The notes beneath the pieces were generated by a model. It was given only the letters and a program-made list of their open reading frames with translations, was not told where the DNA came from and ran no database searches. A DNA stretch of 64,000 nucleotides from Felis catus (taxonomy: Eukaryota): contig NC_058369.1 of NCBI RefSeq assembly GCF_018350175.1, positions 25,794,001 through 25,858,000 of the forward strand. The letters are read 5' to 3'. The position numbers and the translations under genes are program-made. Of this stretch, positions 1-12,826 are shown piece by piece (within the stretch, counting starts at the first letter, position 1; every line of letters begins with the position of its first letter).

Positions 1-390
1 TATATACAATGGAGTATTACTTGGCAATCAAAAAGAATGAAATCTTGCCATTTGTAACCATGTGGATGGAACTAGAGAGTATTATGCTAAGTGAAACTAG
101 TCAGAGAAAGACAAACATATGATTTCACTTATATGAGGACCTTAAGATAGTAAACAGATGAACATAAGGGAAGGGAAGTAAAAATAATATCAAACCGGGA
201 GAGGGACAAAACATAAGAGGCTCTTAAATATGGAGAACAAACAGAGGGTTACTGGAGGGGTTGTGGAAGGGGGGATGGGTTAAATGGGCAAGGGGCATTA
301 CGGAATCTACTCCTGAAATCATTGTTGCACCATGTGCTAACTAACTTGGATGTAAATTAAAAAAAAATAAATAATTTTTAAAAAAAGAAA
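1..390 (+). mobile_element. Carnivore/felid L1 3' end (ORF2 tail, 3'UTR, A-rich tail), cut by the window edge
   Basis: Typical L1 3' motifs 'aaaagaatgaaatcttgccatttg', 'tggatggaactagagagtattatgctaagtgaaa' and 'actcctgaaatcattgttgcac', ending in an A-rich tail. Confidence 0.9.
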
Positions 391-399
391 GATAGAAAG

Positions 400-830
400 C
401 TGATAGCAGTGTTCATTATGGCATTGCTAATTAAAGGAAAACCTTGGGAACAAACTAAATGTTCAACAATGTGGGAATAACTGATTAAATTATGGTATTT
501 ATATAGAGTATAATACTATGTATCTGTTTAGAAAGCTGGAGCAGATCTGTATTTATAGATATGGAAAGGTGTCCACAATGTGTTACAGAATGAAAGGATC
601 AATTTACAGAACAGAATGTAGAGTATGATTCTGTGCAAGTGAAACCATGTGCATATGTATGCATATACAAATATATATGTGAAGAGACAGTTGGAAGCAA
701 GTTCACAAAATGTTAATAATGCTTATCTGTGGCTAGTGAGGTTTATGTAATTTAACTTATTTCCTGCTTTTCTGGATTAACTGAATTTTTTAAACGAGCA
801 TGTCTCAATTATGTAATCAGAAAAAAAACA
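400..830 (+). mobile_element. Old L1M (L1ME-like) 3' fragment
   Basis: Decayed L1 3' motifs such as 'caaactaaatgttcaacaatgtgggaataactgattaaattatgg'. Confidence 0.55.
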
Positions 831-1949
831 TTTTCATCTTAGGAAAAACATCTATTAGAATTTTGCAATTTTGTCTTTAATTGTGCTATAAAACAGTTTT
901 ATCTAAAGCTAAATTTAAAATATTAGACATTTGTGCCTTAGAAAATTTTTATTAAGCCTCCATTTTTATCAATTAAATGTTGAAACATTAGGTACATTAA
1001 GTGGTGTCTCTTTATGCTAACCGCTAAGCACTTTGGTAAAAACACTCAGCTCCATTTACTAATTTTTAGCATTACTTTCCTTGGGCTTTCTTCCTAACAA
1101 AAATTAAGTGGTTATTTTTTTTAAACCACAGTTATTTCCACCAATAAGATGACGTGAATTCCACTGATACTCATTTTTTTACTGAGGCAGAATTAGTTTT
1201 GAAACAACCAAAGAAAAAAGTACTGTTCAAAGGCTGGGATTTTAGCACATTTTTCACAATAATTCTTTCTTTCCAGTTGATTACAAGACTATATGATCTG
1301 CAAGTTACTTTTTCTATAATCATTAAAATGCTAATGCTATGGACACTGTATTTATCTTTATGATATTTCTAAATACATGGTTCTTGGATAAGTAGATGAA
1401 GTCAAATCAGGTGATAGGTTAAATTCCAACCCTTGGAGTGTTAGGTTCAAGACCATTATTAGGTATTAGAGATGAAAATCACCAAATTAGTTGAAAGACA
1501 ATTTCAAAGAATTAGAAGGCCATTGACAATGACATCAAGACCTGTACCATGCCTGGAAAATACTGAATAAAGGAAATCAAGCTAGACTTGTTTTATATTC
1601 AAGAAAAGGAGACATCTTATTTTCTTTTGTTCACTAAAAAGTAGGAACGGGAAAAAGAGAAAAAGAAAAATGAAGTAGAAGGTCGTGAAACATACAAATT
1701 TGCTGGAAAATAGGCAAAGTAAACAGAAGCATAATTAAATTTGAAAAAAGCAGATCAGTGATAATAGAAATGGGGCATAGACCATAAGATGTTACAGGTG
1801 ATGAAACAAGTAGATCTAAATAAAAAGGAAACTTATTTGGATGGGTGAATAATAATTTATTAGACTTCATTTCTATATCTAATCAGTCACCAGGTTCTGC
1901 CGATGCTTGAATTCCCAGAAAAACTGGTAGATATTAAAAAATGGTCTTC

Positions 1950-2040
1950 AAGTGGCACCTGGCTTGCTCACTCGGTAGACTCTTGATCTTGGGGTCATGA
2001 GTTTGAGTCCCACGTTGGGTGAAGAGTTCTCTTAAAAAAA
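1950..2040 (+). mobile_element. Short tRNA-derived carnivore SINE
   Basis: 'ggcacctggcttgctcactcggtagactcttgatcttggggtcatgagtttgagtcccacgttggg' plus A tail, flanked by 'atggtctt' on both sides. Confidence 0.8.
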
Positions 2041-2051
2041 TAATGGTCTTT

Positions 2052-2745
2052 GGGGTGCCTGGGTGGCCCAGTCGGTTAAGCGTCCGACTTCAGTTCAGGT
2101 CATGATCTCACAGTTCTTGAGTTCGAGCCCCGTGTTGGGCTCTGTGCTGACAGCTCAGAGCCTGGAGCCTGTTTCAGATTCTGTGTCTCCCTCTCTCTCT
2201 GCCCCTCCCCTGTTCATGCTCTGTCTCTGTCTCAAAACTAAGTAAACATTAAAAATAATAAGGGGCGCCTGGGTGGCTCAGTTGGTTAAGCGTCCAACTT
2301 CGAATCAGGTCATGATCTCGCGGTTCGTGAGTTCGAGCTCCGTGTCAGGCTCTGTGCTGACAGCTCAGAGCCTGGAGCCTGTTTCAGATTCTGTGTCTCC
2401 CTCTCTCTCTGCCCCTTCCCAGCTCATGCTCTGTCTCTGTCTCAAAACTAAGTAAACATTAAAAATAATAAGGGGCGCCTGGGTGGCTCAGTTGGTTAAG
2501 CGTCCAACTTCGAATCAGGTCATGATCTCGCGGTTCGTGAGTTCGAGCCCCGTGTCAGGCTCTGTGCTCACAGCTCAGAGCCTGGAGCCGGCTTTGGATT
2601 CTGTGTCTCCTTCTCTCTCTGCCCCTTCCCAGCTCATGCTCTGTCTCTGTCTCAAAAATACATTAAAAAAAAAATTTTTTTTTAATTAAAAAAAATAATT
2701 TTTTTTAATTAAAAAAAATAATTTTTTTTAATTAAAAAAAATAAT
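2052..2745 (+). mobile_element. Three head-to-tail CanSINEs (SINEC_Fc-like) with an exact 210-bp period
   Basis: SINE heads at 2052, 2262 and 2472. The outer duplication 'aataatggtcttt' lies at 2039-2051 and ~2743-2755. Confidence 0.95.
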
Positions 2746-3249
2746 AATGGTCTTTGAGTTAACTCACTACCTGTTCCTAGTTCTAATTCTCTTCCTTCAA
2801 TCCTATCCCAGGTTCTTTCTGTAAATCTGGTTTCTAAACAGCTTTACTATCAGTGAAAGATAAACCTAAAACTCTAAACCTTATTCATATTTTATTCCAC
2901 CCATGAGCTTATTTACATTTTTATTAAGGGATGCTTGCATGAAAAAGCCTTCAAAATGTGTGTCCATCTGCAGCCTGACCTTGCCCTCTTTTGAGTTCCA
3001 TGCCAGTGTTTTTAGTGGCCCACAATACATGCTGGACTACGGACCACTCAAACGCACTGCCTCAAAACTTGCTCCTCCTCCTGGATTCCACATCTTCCCT
3101 TTCCCTCATCCCTCACATTCTAAAAATTGGTCCTCCTAAAAGCCCTCTGAATCAATTCCCCCTTCTCTGTTCACAATGCTAAGGCCTTAGTTCAGGCGCT
3201 AATCACTTAGTGACTGGACTTGCAATAGCTTTTTAAATGGCCTTTCTGT

Positions 3250-3480
3250 AAGTATAAAAACAGGGAGGGGGACAAAGCATAAGAGACCTTAAATATGGAG
3301 AGCAAACAGAGTGTTACTGGAGGGGTTGTGGGAGGGGGGATGGGCTAAATGAGTAAGAGGCATTAAGCAATTTACTCCTGAAATCATTGTTGCACTATAC
3401 GCTAACTAATTTGGTTGTAAATTAAAAAAATAAAATTAAAATTAAAAAAATAGTAAAAAAATATAAAGAAAAAATAATAA
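3250..3480 (+). mobile_element. 5'-truncated felid L1 (3'UTR only)
   Basis: Closely resembles window positions 190-390. Has an A-rich tail and a degenerate TSD aatggcctttct/aatggctttct. Confidence 0.88.
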
Positions 3481-3556
3481 TGAATGGCTTTCTACCTCCA
3501 ATCCACTTTCCATTTGGCCATCACTCTAAAATGTACAATTAAGAATTGTAAATTTA

Positions 3557-3791
3557 GGGGCACCTGGGTGGCTCAGTCAGTTAGGCGTCTGACTTTGGCT
3601 CTGGTCATGATCTCATGGTTCGTGGGTTTGAGCCCTGTGTCAGGCCCTGTGCTGACAGCTCAGAGCCTGGAGCCTGCTTCGGATTCTGTGTCTCCCTGTC
3701 TCTGATCCTCCCCTGCTCATGCTGTGTCTCTTTCTACCTCTCTCAAAATAAAGAAACATTAAAAAAAAGTTTATACTTCCAAAAAAAAAAA
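3557..3791 (+). mobile_element. CanSINE
   Basis: Full SINE body with perfect TSD aagaattgtaaattta (3541-3556 and 3792-3807). Confidence 0.95.
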
Positions 3792-4204
3792 AAGAATTGT
3801 AAATTTAAAAGTGATCATGTCAGTTGCCTGCTAAAAAAATTCTTCGATGGCCCTTCATTGCTTTCAGGATTAAAAAAACAAACACCTGGGCATAGCATAT
3901 AAAATTTTTTGTGAACTGGTTGCTGTCTACTCTTCGAATCTCTCTCTGCCTCATTCTTTAAACACACTGCACCCCATTCATGCTGAACTGATTGTTGTTT
4001 TTCAAACAAGTCATGTCCTCTTACTTCTGGCCCTGTAGTCAAGCTGTTCCTTCAGCCTGAAATGACTCCCCTTGACCCTACATCCATCTGCAAGCTCCTA
4101 CTCGTGCTTGAAGACTCACCTCATGTCCCCTTTTCTGAAGACTTTTCTGACCTATTTAGGCAGAGTTTCAGATAGACATTTATTCTATAGAATCTATGGT
4201 AGTA

Positions 4205-4743
4205 TAGTGTTTTATTTATTGTTGCACAACAAATTATTCTAAAACTTAGTGGCTTAAAAAATAATAAACATTTATTATCTGTCATAGTTTTTATGGGTCA
4301 GGAATATGGAAGCCACTTGACTGGGAAGATCTGGTGAGGGGTTTCTCATGAGGTTCAGTCAGATGTCAGCTGAGGCTGCAGTCACCTGAGGGCTTGAAAG
4401 GGGCTGGAATATCCACTTCCAATGCCTTACTCACATGGCTGGCAAGTTGGTGCTGGATGTTGGTGGAGGCCTCAGTGTCTCCTCTTGTGGGCCACTCCAC
4501 AGAGCTGCTTAAGAGTCTTCATATGATGATTGCTGGCTTCCCCCGAATCAGGCAATCCAAGAGGCCAAAGCAGAAGTTACAAGTCCTTTATGACTTACTC
4601 TTAGAAGTCACCTACTATAACTTCTGCCATAGTCTGTTGTTTACATAGACCAGCCCCGATTCACTGTGGGAGGAGACCACATAAGGACATGAATACAAAA
4701 AAGTGAGGATCATTGGGAGCCATCTTGGAGACTGGCTAAGACA
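4205..4743 (-). mobile_element. MaLR solo LTR (MLT1F/G-like)
   Basis: Reverse complement begins 'tgtcttagccagtctccaagatggctcccaatgatcctc'. The other end has the MLT1 hallmark 'aaacttagtggcttaaa...catttattatct'. Confidence 0.75.
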
Positions 4744-6049
4744 TACAGAGTAACAAATATACATCATATCTCACTAGCCAGTGATGACAAAATATCATAC
4801 ATACTTTAGTGTTCAAATTACTATGGCATAAGCCTTCATGGCCTATTTCCTAGAACTAGAAACCTCTTTCTCTTCTGTATTTCTCATGTGGTTCTTACTA
4901 CAGGATCTTTCTCAGGATCAATCCCTTTCATTCTTATGCCCCAACTTTCTGGATCTGGTCTAGCCCTGCCATCTCTCACCCTTATGAGGATGCAGCCCCA
5001 CTGGGTACCACTGTCTTGCACAGATGACTGTCACCATTGTTTCTACCACTGACTTTAGCAAGTACTTGATATTCCTCCAAGAAAGTGGAACAAGCTCAGG
5101 AGCACAACTAAGGCCAGGATGTGACATTAACACACCTTTTTAGAAGGCTTAGGAAATACTTGAAATGTAATAGAGTAACTTACACTGCTATTAGCCGTGG
5201 TTACTCTGAGAGGTCCACTGTCTGCACTTACCCTCAAATAGCATAAACATAGGTCCTCTGGAAACTCCATCACTGCCAGATGATATTCTTTTGCTGTATG
5301 TCCTACAAAAGACAAAGTGCAACATAATCTGTCATCACTCCAATTCCTAAGGTCTTGGATTTTCAGTCTTTAAATAACACCACAGATGGAACTCAACAAT
5401 CCACACCACGGCATGCTGGGCCAAGCACTCTTTATTTTTTGTTCACAGCCTCTCCCCTAGCACTGGCTAAAGGAAGTAAGCCTGTGCTCTCTCCCAGCGT
5501 TCCTTCCCATCCCACTTCCATGATGCTTACAATTACCCAAAGAGTAGTTCCTCAGCTCTGCAAATATATTCAGTGATGCATAAGCATAGGACAGTCTAAA
5601 TTCACACTTATAGTACTAATTATCCATAGTGGCGGAAAACTACTAAGAGATGTCTTATTAACATCTCAAAGCATCTCCATTTGCTTTACCTTAATTATTT
5701 GGGGCCTTCTCCAAGAACTAGAGATGGGTGATTGCTTTACATTTACATAGCCCAAGAGATCATTTCAAGGTGTTTCCCAGAGCTAAAGAAGAGTTAGTAC
5801 CAAAAGGAAATTGGATCCTTTGCTTTTAGATGGTAGTGTTTCCAGCTGCTTTACTCACCAAGGTTAAAAAATAAAACCCTGGCTACAGCCAGCCTGGTTA
5901 TGTCACCTGCTGTAATTACTTCTTGGAAAGCATGCCTCCCTTCATTAGAGAGCCCCGAGGTCAGACAGCAAAAATAGGAGCTGAAAGAGATACTAAAGGA
6001 ATAAGTGGTGCCTAGAGATGGAAAATAATGTTGAGCAGATTGTCATGTG

Positions 6050-6225
6050 GAAACAGTGGGCTGCAGTGAAGTGACCGGAGATTTTGGAGTCAGGCAAATA
6101 TTGGGCACAGTGATGCTTTCCCTGTAGGGGTAACTCAGACTTCACTTCTTTGGCCTTGGTTTCTTCTCCTGTAAAATGATGGTAATAATCTATACCTCAT
6201 AGGATTGAAGATTAAATGAGAAACT
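6050..6225 (+). mobile_element. MIR
   Basis: MIR core 'ccttggtttcttctcctgtaaaatgatggtaataatctatacctcataggattg'. Confidence 0.7.
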
Positions 6226-6230
6226 AAATA

Positions 6231-6261
6231 ACAAGAAAGAAAGAAAGAAAGAAAGAAAGGA

Positions 6262-6305
<44 letters not shown>

Positions 6306-6310
6306 AGAAA
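6231..6310. repeat. (GAAA)n tetranucleotide microsatellite
   Basis: Read directly from the sequence. Confidence 0.97.
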
Positions 6311-6729
6311 ACGTATAATCAAACTTTGGCAGGTAGTTAGGCTGTGCTCCAGGTACAGCAGTGGGTGCTGGGGATAGAGTGGTGAACACACAAAAATGAG
6401 CCACTGTCTTCACTTAGATTCCAGTTCCAGAAGCGAAAACCGGCATTAGTTAAACCAAGAACTACCTAATTACATGTGTGGTGAATGCTATAAAGAAGAA
6501 GGCTTGGGTATTATAAAAGGATACCTGACCTAAGTTAGGGTGTCAGTGAATGTGGCCTTGAGGTAGTATTGCCAAAGATGGGGACTGTGGGGTAGGGAAG
6601 AACATGTCAGGTTTCAGTAAGAGCAATCTAGGCTCAATAAATGGAAACCATTATTAGTATTATTTATTCAATAAATATTGAACATCTACCATGTGTACTG
6701 CACTACTATGCATCATGAAGGTACAACAA

Positions 6730-6900
6730 ATCTGTGAACTTGAGCAAATAGCTTAATTTCTTTGAGCCTCAGTATGTTCATCTATAAAATGGGGATATTA
6801 ATATTATCTACCTCCTTAGTCCTTTTTTGAGGATTCAATGAGATAATGTATGTAAAGTGATTAACACAGTGGTTGGCATAGGAATAAGATAATTTGTGTT
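6730..6900 (+). mobile_element. MIR
   Basis: 'tgtgaacttgagcaaatagcttaatttctttgagcctcagtatgttcatctataaaatgggg'. Confidence 0.8.
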
Positions 6901-6926
6901 AATGATATTATTTTTGTTCATTAGTC

Positions 6927-7088
6927 AAGACTGGCTACATAATTTGCAAGGCCCAGTGCAAAATGAAAATGTAAGGCCTGATGTTAAAAAATTATTAAGA
7001 ATTCCAAAACAGCAATAGCACACAGCATTAAACTAAGTGTGGGGCCCTGGGTAACTGTGCAGTGAACACACTCACAAAAATAGTCCTA
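6927..7088. mobile_element. MER45A-like hAT DNA transposon fossil
   Basis: 'ataatttgcaaggcccagtgcaaaatgaaaatg...aaattattaagaatt...agcattaaactaagtgtggggccc' resembles the MER45A consensus as I recall it. Confidence 0.7.
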
Positions 7089-8602
7089 TCACTAATTATG
7101 TCATATGTACACGTCTGTGTTTATATAGCTTATCTATCCAAAAAGGTTGAGTTTTTCTTGGGGGCAACTTCCAGAACTCAAATTGCTGAATTTACTTTAT
7201 AAGGATAAAATATATACCTATTCAGTATATCAATGGATGATTGGTGCTTACATTTTTCTCAACTTTTTATTATGAAAAATGTTCAAACAGCAAAATTATA
7301 AGAATTTTATTATGAACGCATGTATACACCCCACCTAGATTCTACAACTAATGTTCTATTGTATTTGCTTTATTACCATCCATTCTTCAAATCATCTATT
7401 AATCTGTCTTGTTTTTAGTGCATTTCAAACTAAATTCCAGACATCAATATCACTAACTAAAATCCAATTTACTTAGTTTTTTTCTTTTGATGTAAAATTG
7501 ACATACAGAGGAGTGTACAGTTCTGAAGAGTGAATTTGCTAAGTTTTGACAAATGCATATACCTCTGTAAACCAGACCTCTAGAACATCACCATTACCCT
7601 AACACGTTCCTTCATAACCCTTCCCAATCAGTCTCCATCCCAACCTCCCTCAGAGATAGCTATTATTCTGATTTTTTTTCTGATCCTTAAGTTTTTAAAA
7701 CTTAAAGCTAAGTTTAATAAGTACTTAACTTCAATGTTTTCTCACAGGGGCACATAGAAAATTCTGCAGACTGTAAAATAAGAGAGATAAAGCTAGGATA
7801 CTCTGATGTACTCAACAAATATTTGTTGAAACAAAGAGTAAAACTAGGGAAATCACTAGAGTACTTTTTGTTTTTAATAGTTTCAGTTTTTGATAAAAGT
7901 GATACAATGTGTACTCCAGAAAAAATGTAAGTGATATTAAAAAATACAGAGAGAAAATTAAAAATCACTCATCATACAGGGATAAACATTTTTAATATTT
8001 TGATAGAATTTCTCCCATGTATTTATTTATATATACATATTGTGATCTATGTAATTTGATAAAAATGGGGTCATACACATATACAATCTGTTTCTGTCAC
8101 TTAACAATATGCTATAGATATCTTTCCTCATCGATAAATATAGAGTGGAATCCTCATTTTTAATGGGCAGAGTAGATGGACATATCATTCTTTAATTAGC
8201 CACTTATCTACCCATGAACATGTAAGATTGTTTCCAAGTTTTCAATATTATCAGCAACACTGCAATGGACATCCTTGTACATACATCTTTTTCTGAATTA
8301 TGTAATTATTTCCTTAGGATAAATTGCTAAGGATGGGATTACTAGGGTAAGGATGGGATTACTAGGGATTACTAGGGTTACAACCTGAACATGTTTTACA
8401 TTCTGGTTTATGATACCAAAATGCCTACCAGAAAGGAGGCAGAAATTTACATCTATTGACTGGCTAAGCTTTAAATTTTTAAGAATACAAAATGAATATT
8501 TTATCTTTTTTCCTTTAGGATAGAAAAGAGGGAAACACACGAAGGATTAATATACCTAGATTTAAAGCAGCAAATGAGAATGTATACAGAAGTGCCTCCA
8601 AA

Positions 8603-8970
8603 AGTGGCCTGGCTGGCTCAGTCGGTAGAACATGGGACTCCTGATGTCAAGGTTGTGAGTTCAAGCCCCGTGATGGGTGTGGAGCCTACTTAGAAAAAAA
8701 AAAAAAAAAAAAAAAAAAAAGTGGGGCACGTGTGTGGTTCAGTTGGTTAAGCGGCCGACTTCGACTCAGATCCTGATGTCACAGTTCAAGTTCATGAGTT
8801 TGAGCCCCCTGTCGGGCTCTGTGTTGACAAGCACAGAGCTTGGAGCCTGCTTCGGAATCTGTGTTTCCGTCTCTCTCTGCCCCTCCTCCACTCATGCTCT
8901 GTCTCTGTCTCTGTTTCTCTCTCAAAAATAAATAAATGTTAAAAAAAAATTAAAAAAAAAAAACAAAACA
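8603..8970 (+). mobile_element. Short SINE followed by a full CanSINE in its A tail
   Basis: Heads at ~8603 and ~8722. Outer degenerate TSD aagtgcctccaaaag/aagtgcccctaaaag. Confidence 0.88.
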
Positions 8971-9015
8971 AGTGCCCCTAAAAGCACTGCAGATCAATCC
9001 AGTTGATCTCAATTC

Positions 9016-9018
<3 letters not shown>

Positions 9019-9062
<44 letters not shown>
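9019..9062. repeat. Poly(A) run of ~44 nt
   Basis: Read directly from the sequence. Confidence 0.95.
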
Positions 9063-9065
<3 letters not shown>

Positions 9066-9786
9066 AAGTGACTACCACGTGCAAAGATAAGGCTAGCTGG
9101 TAGGAGCAAAAAGATGAGAAGCCATGAACTCAGTATCCAGAATACTCACACCCTAATAGCACAAATTCCTCAGCTACAGTGATTTATCTTTTACTTAGGC
9201 TTATATGATAAGAAAGGACCCTGAGGATTTACTCTTAAAGGGGCAATGACTCCTGCTTTAAATTTGGTAAAAAACTCAAAAGATTTAAGTGAAAAGTAAG
9301 TCTCTCTCTCAGCCTTGTTCCCCAGCTCTGTACCTTCACCGATTGCTCCACTCTCTAGAGGTCACCACTGCTACTTATTTCCTGTATATCTTCCCAGAAA
9401 ATGCTTTGCATATGTGTATACAGGCATATGCTGAGCAGGCAAAAAATTGTCCACTCATGGCTTACTCATACAAGCAGTTTTTAAATACAATAGTTTTATA
9501 CTTACACATGATTTCACACGTTGCTTTTAAAATTATGCCTCGGGGATTATTCCATATGTATTCATATAGAGTTGCTTCATTTATTTTTAACTTGGAGATT
9601 GTTCCATAGCCGTTTTAGGAAGCTGCTTCATTCTTTTTTACCATCTACACAATTTTTCATTGCGTGAATGTATTTAACCAGTATTCTGTTAATGGACCAC
9701 TAGGTTGTTTCCAACATTTTGCTAATATAATCCTGCAGTGAATACCCCTCTAGATACTGAAATCATTTTGGAGTAAGAAATGACTT

Positions 9787-10010
9787 GGGGCACCTAGGTG
9801 GCTCAGTCGGTTGAGCGTCCGACTTCAGCTCAGGTCATGATCTCACAGTCTGTGGGTTCGAGCCCCGCGTCGGGCTCTGTGCTGACAGCTCAGAGCCTGG
9901 AGCCTGTTTCCAATCCCGTGTCTCCCTCTCTCTCTGCCCCTCCCCCAGTCTCACTTTGTCTCACTCTGTCTCTCAAAAATAAATAAATATAAAAAAAAAT
10001 TAAAAAAAAA
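9787..10010 (+). mobile_element. CanSINE
   Basis: Full body with TSD aagaaatgact. Confidence 0.95.
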
Positions 10011-10559
10011 GAAATGACTGTGGGAAGGTAGTCATATTTGGCTTCAAGTCAAATTAGTAAGTACTTGGTAGAGACATTTGTTGGCTTATAGATGAGCACT
10101 AAAAGAACAAATCATTAAAGATGCTGTGTCTGAAATACGTTCCCCCAAACAACCATTAAAACAAAAGAAAAGCATAAAAGCCAACAGGAAGTCTCCACCC
10201 ACTTAGTCAGACTCCTCAGGAGGAGTAAATAGGCCTTATCCAGTGTCTTCCAGGTCCACAGTGGAGCTTTGTCACACTAATAGTGAGAACGCATTGTAGA
10301 ATCCATGCCTTGGCACTAACAACTTCCCCTAGAGAATTTGGATCTAGCCATCTGGACATACAAATATTCATTTGTCACACAAATATTCATCAAAAGGCCT
10401 TTGGACATGCAAGTGAAGGAGCAGATTTCCTTTTGCCCTTCCTTTTGACTTTTTGTTTTTAACTTATTTTTAAATAATTACAGTTAGAGAAAAGTTTCAA
10501 GAATAGCACAAAGAACTCCCACTTCATTCAAGTTTACTATTTTTACTTTCTATTATGAT

Positions 10560-10780
10560 TTTTTTGATTTTTTTAACATTTATTCATTTTTGAGAGACGG
10601 AGGATGACAGAGTGCGAGTGGGGGAGGGGCAGAGAGAGAGGGAGACACAGAATCTGAAGCAGGCTCCAGGCTCCGAGCTGTCAGCACAGAGCCCCATGGG
10701 GGGCTCTAACTCAGGGACTGAGAGATCATGACCTGAGCCGAAGTTGGACATCCAATCAATTGAGCCACCCAGGCCCCCCT
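10560..10780 (-). mobile_element. CanSINE
   Basis: Reverse-complement SINE body with near-identical flanks tcaa(g/a)tttactattttta. Confidence 0.93.
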
Positions 10781-11159
10781 CAAATTTACTATTTTTAAAA
10801 GGTTTGGCCACATTTTCCTCTTTTTACATATATATGGGTTTTTTTCTGAATTATTTAAAAGTAGGTTACATATATCATGCTCCTTTACCCCTTAATACTT
10901 CAGTGTGTGTTTCTTGAAAACAAAGGTATCCCATTGATTTTGGGGTGGGGGAAACTGACCTGGATACTTCCATCTAAGAGCTAGAAGGAAGCTTAAGGTG
11001 TCTACTTTATTTTACACACAGGGAAACCCAGAATTTGGCAAGTGAGTCAGCCAAGGTCACATTGCCAGTATCTGAGATGAGATCCTCTCTTCTGGCTTTT
11101 TCCACTCTATAAGCCATTAGGAATCATCTGGTCCAAACAGTTCAATAAATTTTAAAAAG

Positions 11160-11390
11160 TGTTTTTTTTTCTTTAAGTTTATTGATTTTTGAGAGAGACA
11201 GAGAGAGACAGAGAGAGAGCGCGCATGAGTTGGGGAGGGGCAGAGAGAGGGGGAGATAGAAAATCCCAAGCAGGCTCCACATAGTCAGCATGGAGCCTGA
11301 TGTGGGGCTTGAACTCACAGACCATGAGGTCATGATGTTAGCCAAAATCTAGAGTCAGACGTTTAACCAAATGAGCCACCCAGGTACTCC
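11160..11390 (-). mobile_element. CanSINE
   Basis: Reverse-complement body with TSD ccaaacagttcaataaatttta/ccaaactgctcaataaatttta. Confidence 0.93.
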
Positions 11391-11564
11391 CAAACTGCTC
11401 AATAAATTTTATAAATGAGGAAAGTACAGCTCAGAGAGGGTTTGTGATTTGTCCAAGGTCACATAGAAGGTTCTTGGCCTGGATTCCATAGGTAGCTAAA
11501 CCTCTTTGCTAAGGTGCTCAAGGAGAAGACAAATTTTCCTGAATGCACACTCAGTGAGTAAGCT

Positions 11565-11990
11565 GATAAGTGGACATCTAGAGCTTTTGCCTGCCCAGAA
11601 ATAACTTCCCCTTCTCCTGACAACAGCTTTGGAAAACCATCCCTCTTTCATTGCATACAGAGTTAGTGGGATGGTCCTTCAAAGTGCCCTGCCCTTCTGG
11701 CCATGAGATGGACATGTAACCCAACCTAGGTCAGTGGTCTCTGTGGCATTTGAATCTCAAGGAGAGGGACTCAGGACTGAAAAAGGGTGAGATGATTTCT
11801 CCTGAAGTTGGTGCTGAAGAGGCCTCCTGAAGAGGCTGCTTATGGGCTCTTGTTGCCCATCAGCTTTGCTTCCCATCCTTCCTGAGATTTGCTTCTTCAG
11901 CATTTATTTCCATTCTCTGAGCTACCCCCATATCTTTCCAATGATTTCCACAGGCTTAGGTTGGCCGGGTTAGTTAACAGCTGACTAAAA
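11565..11990 (+). mobile_element. ERVL solo LTR (LTR33-like)
   Basis: Starts 'gtggacatctagagcttttgcctgcccagaaataacttccccttctcctgacaacagc' and ends 'gcttaggttggcc...ctgactaa'. Confidence 0.6.
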
Positions 11991-12603
11991 AAAAAGAAAA
12001 AAATGTTGCTTTCAGAAACACTTGCCCAAACAGAACTGTGACTTGGGTTGCATTAAAAAAGTTGGGCCTGGGTATACCCTTCCTTCCTCAAAGCTTAGTG
12101 TGGAAGTGCTTTCCAGGCTCATCACACTGCTGTTCAGTCTAATGATGCTTTACTTTCACAGCTCCCAGAAATGAGTTCCTGGAAAAACAGAGCAACCTTT
12201 TTGTTAGGTGTGGCTCTTAGAAATGTCCCTGGCAAGGGGGCACCTCTTAGTCAGTGGTTGTTTTAACTCCATTGCCCCAAAACTGCTCCATATGGGTGTT
12301 TAGAATGGTAAAGTACAATCTGATTTGAGCACAATAGTCCAGGGTGGGCTCCCTGCCTGATTGACTCTAGGGCCTGCTGCCAGCCGGAAGTGAAGGCATC
12401 GCTCTTTGTCTTTCCTGACAATCTGTTCCTGACCTCCTGAAAGAACTTTTGGAAGGAACTCACACATATACAAGAACACACTGATGTCTCCAGAATGACA
12501 TTCAGATATTGTAGTCTGAATCTGTATCCAGGAAAGAAGTCTCCTTAAAAGCATAGTCATCTGCAAAGAAGTTCCCAAGCTCTTGTTTAAACACGACATT
12601 TTT

Positions 12604-12826
12604 GGGGCGCCTGGGTGGCTCAGTCGGTTAGGCATCTGACTTCAGCTCAGGTCATGATCTTGCCATCCGTGAGTTTGAGCCCCGTGTCAGGCTCTGTGCT
12701 GATGGTTCAGTGCCTGGAGCCTGTTTCAGATTCTGTGTCTCCCTCTCTCTATGACCCTCCCCCCGTTTATGCTCTGTCTCTCTCTGTCTCAAAAATAAAT
12801 AAACGTTAAAAAAAATTTTTTTTTAA
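12604..12826 (+). mobile_element. CanSINE
   Basis: ggggcgcctgggtggctcagtcggttag head, CT-rich tract and A/T tail. Confidence 0.95.

Larger units (their letters stand above)
2960..4170 (+). mobile_element. L2 remnant interrupted by younger L1 and SINE insertions
   Basis: L2-like text 'gatcatgtcagttgcctgctaaaaaaattcttcgatggcccttcattgctttcaggattaaaa'. Confidence 0.6.

Noticed and set aside
8328..8378. 20-bp tandem duplication taaggatgggattactaggg, superficially telomere-like
   Set aside because: It is a local slippage duplication inside an old L1 fragment, with no TTAGGG array.
12383..12420. ETS/GABP motif CCGGAAGTG followed by a pyrimidine tract
   Set aside because: It is a single motif without a CpG island or other support, so it is too weak to call a promoter or enhancer.
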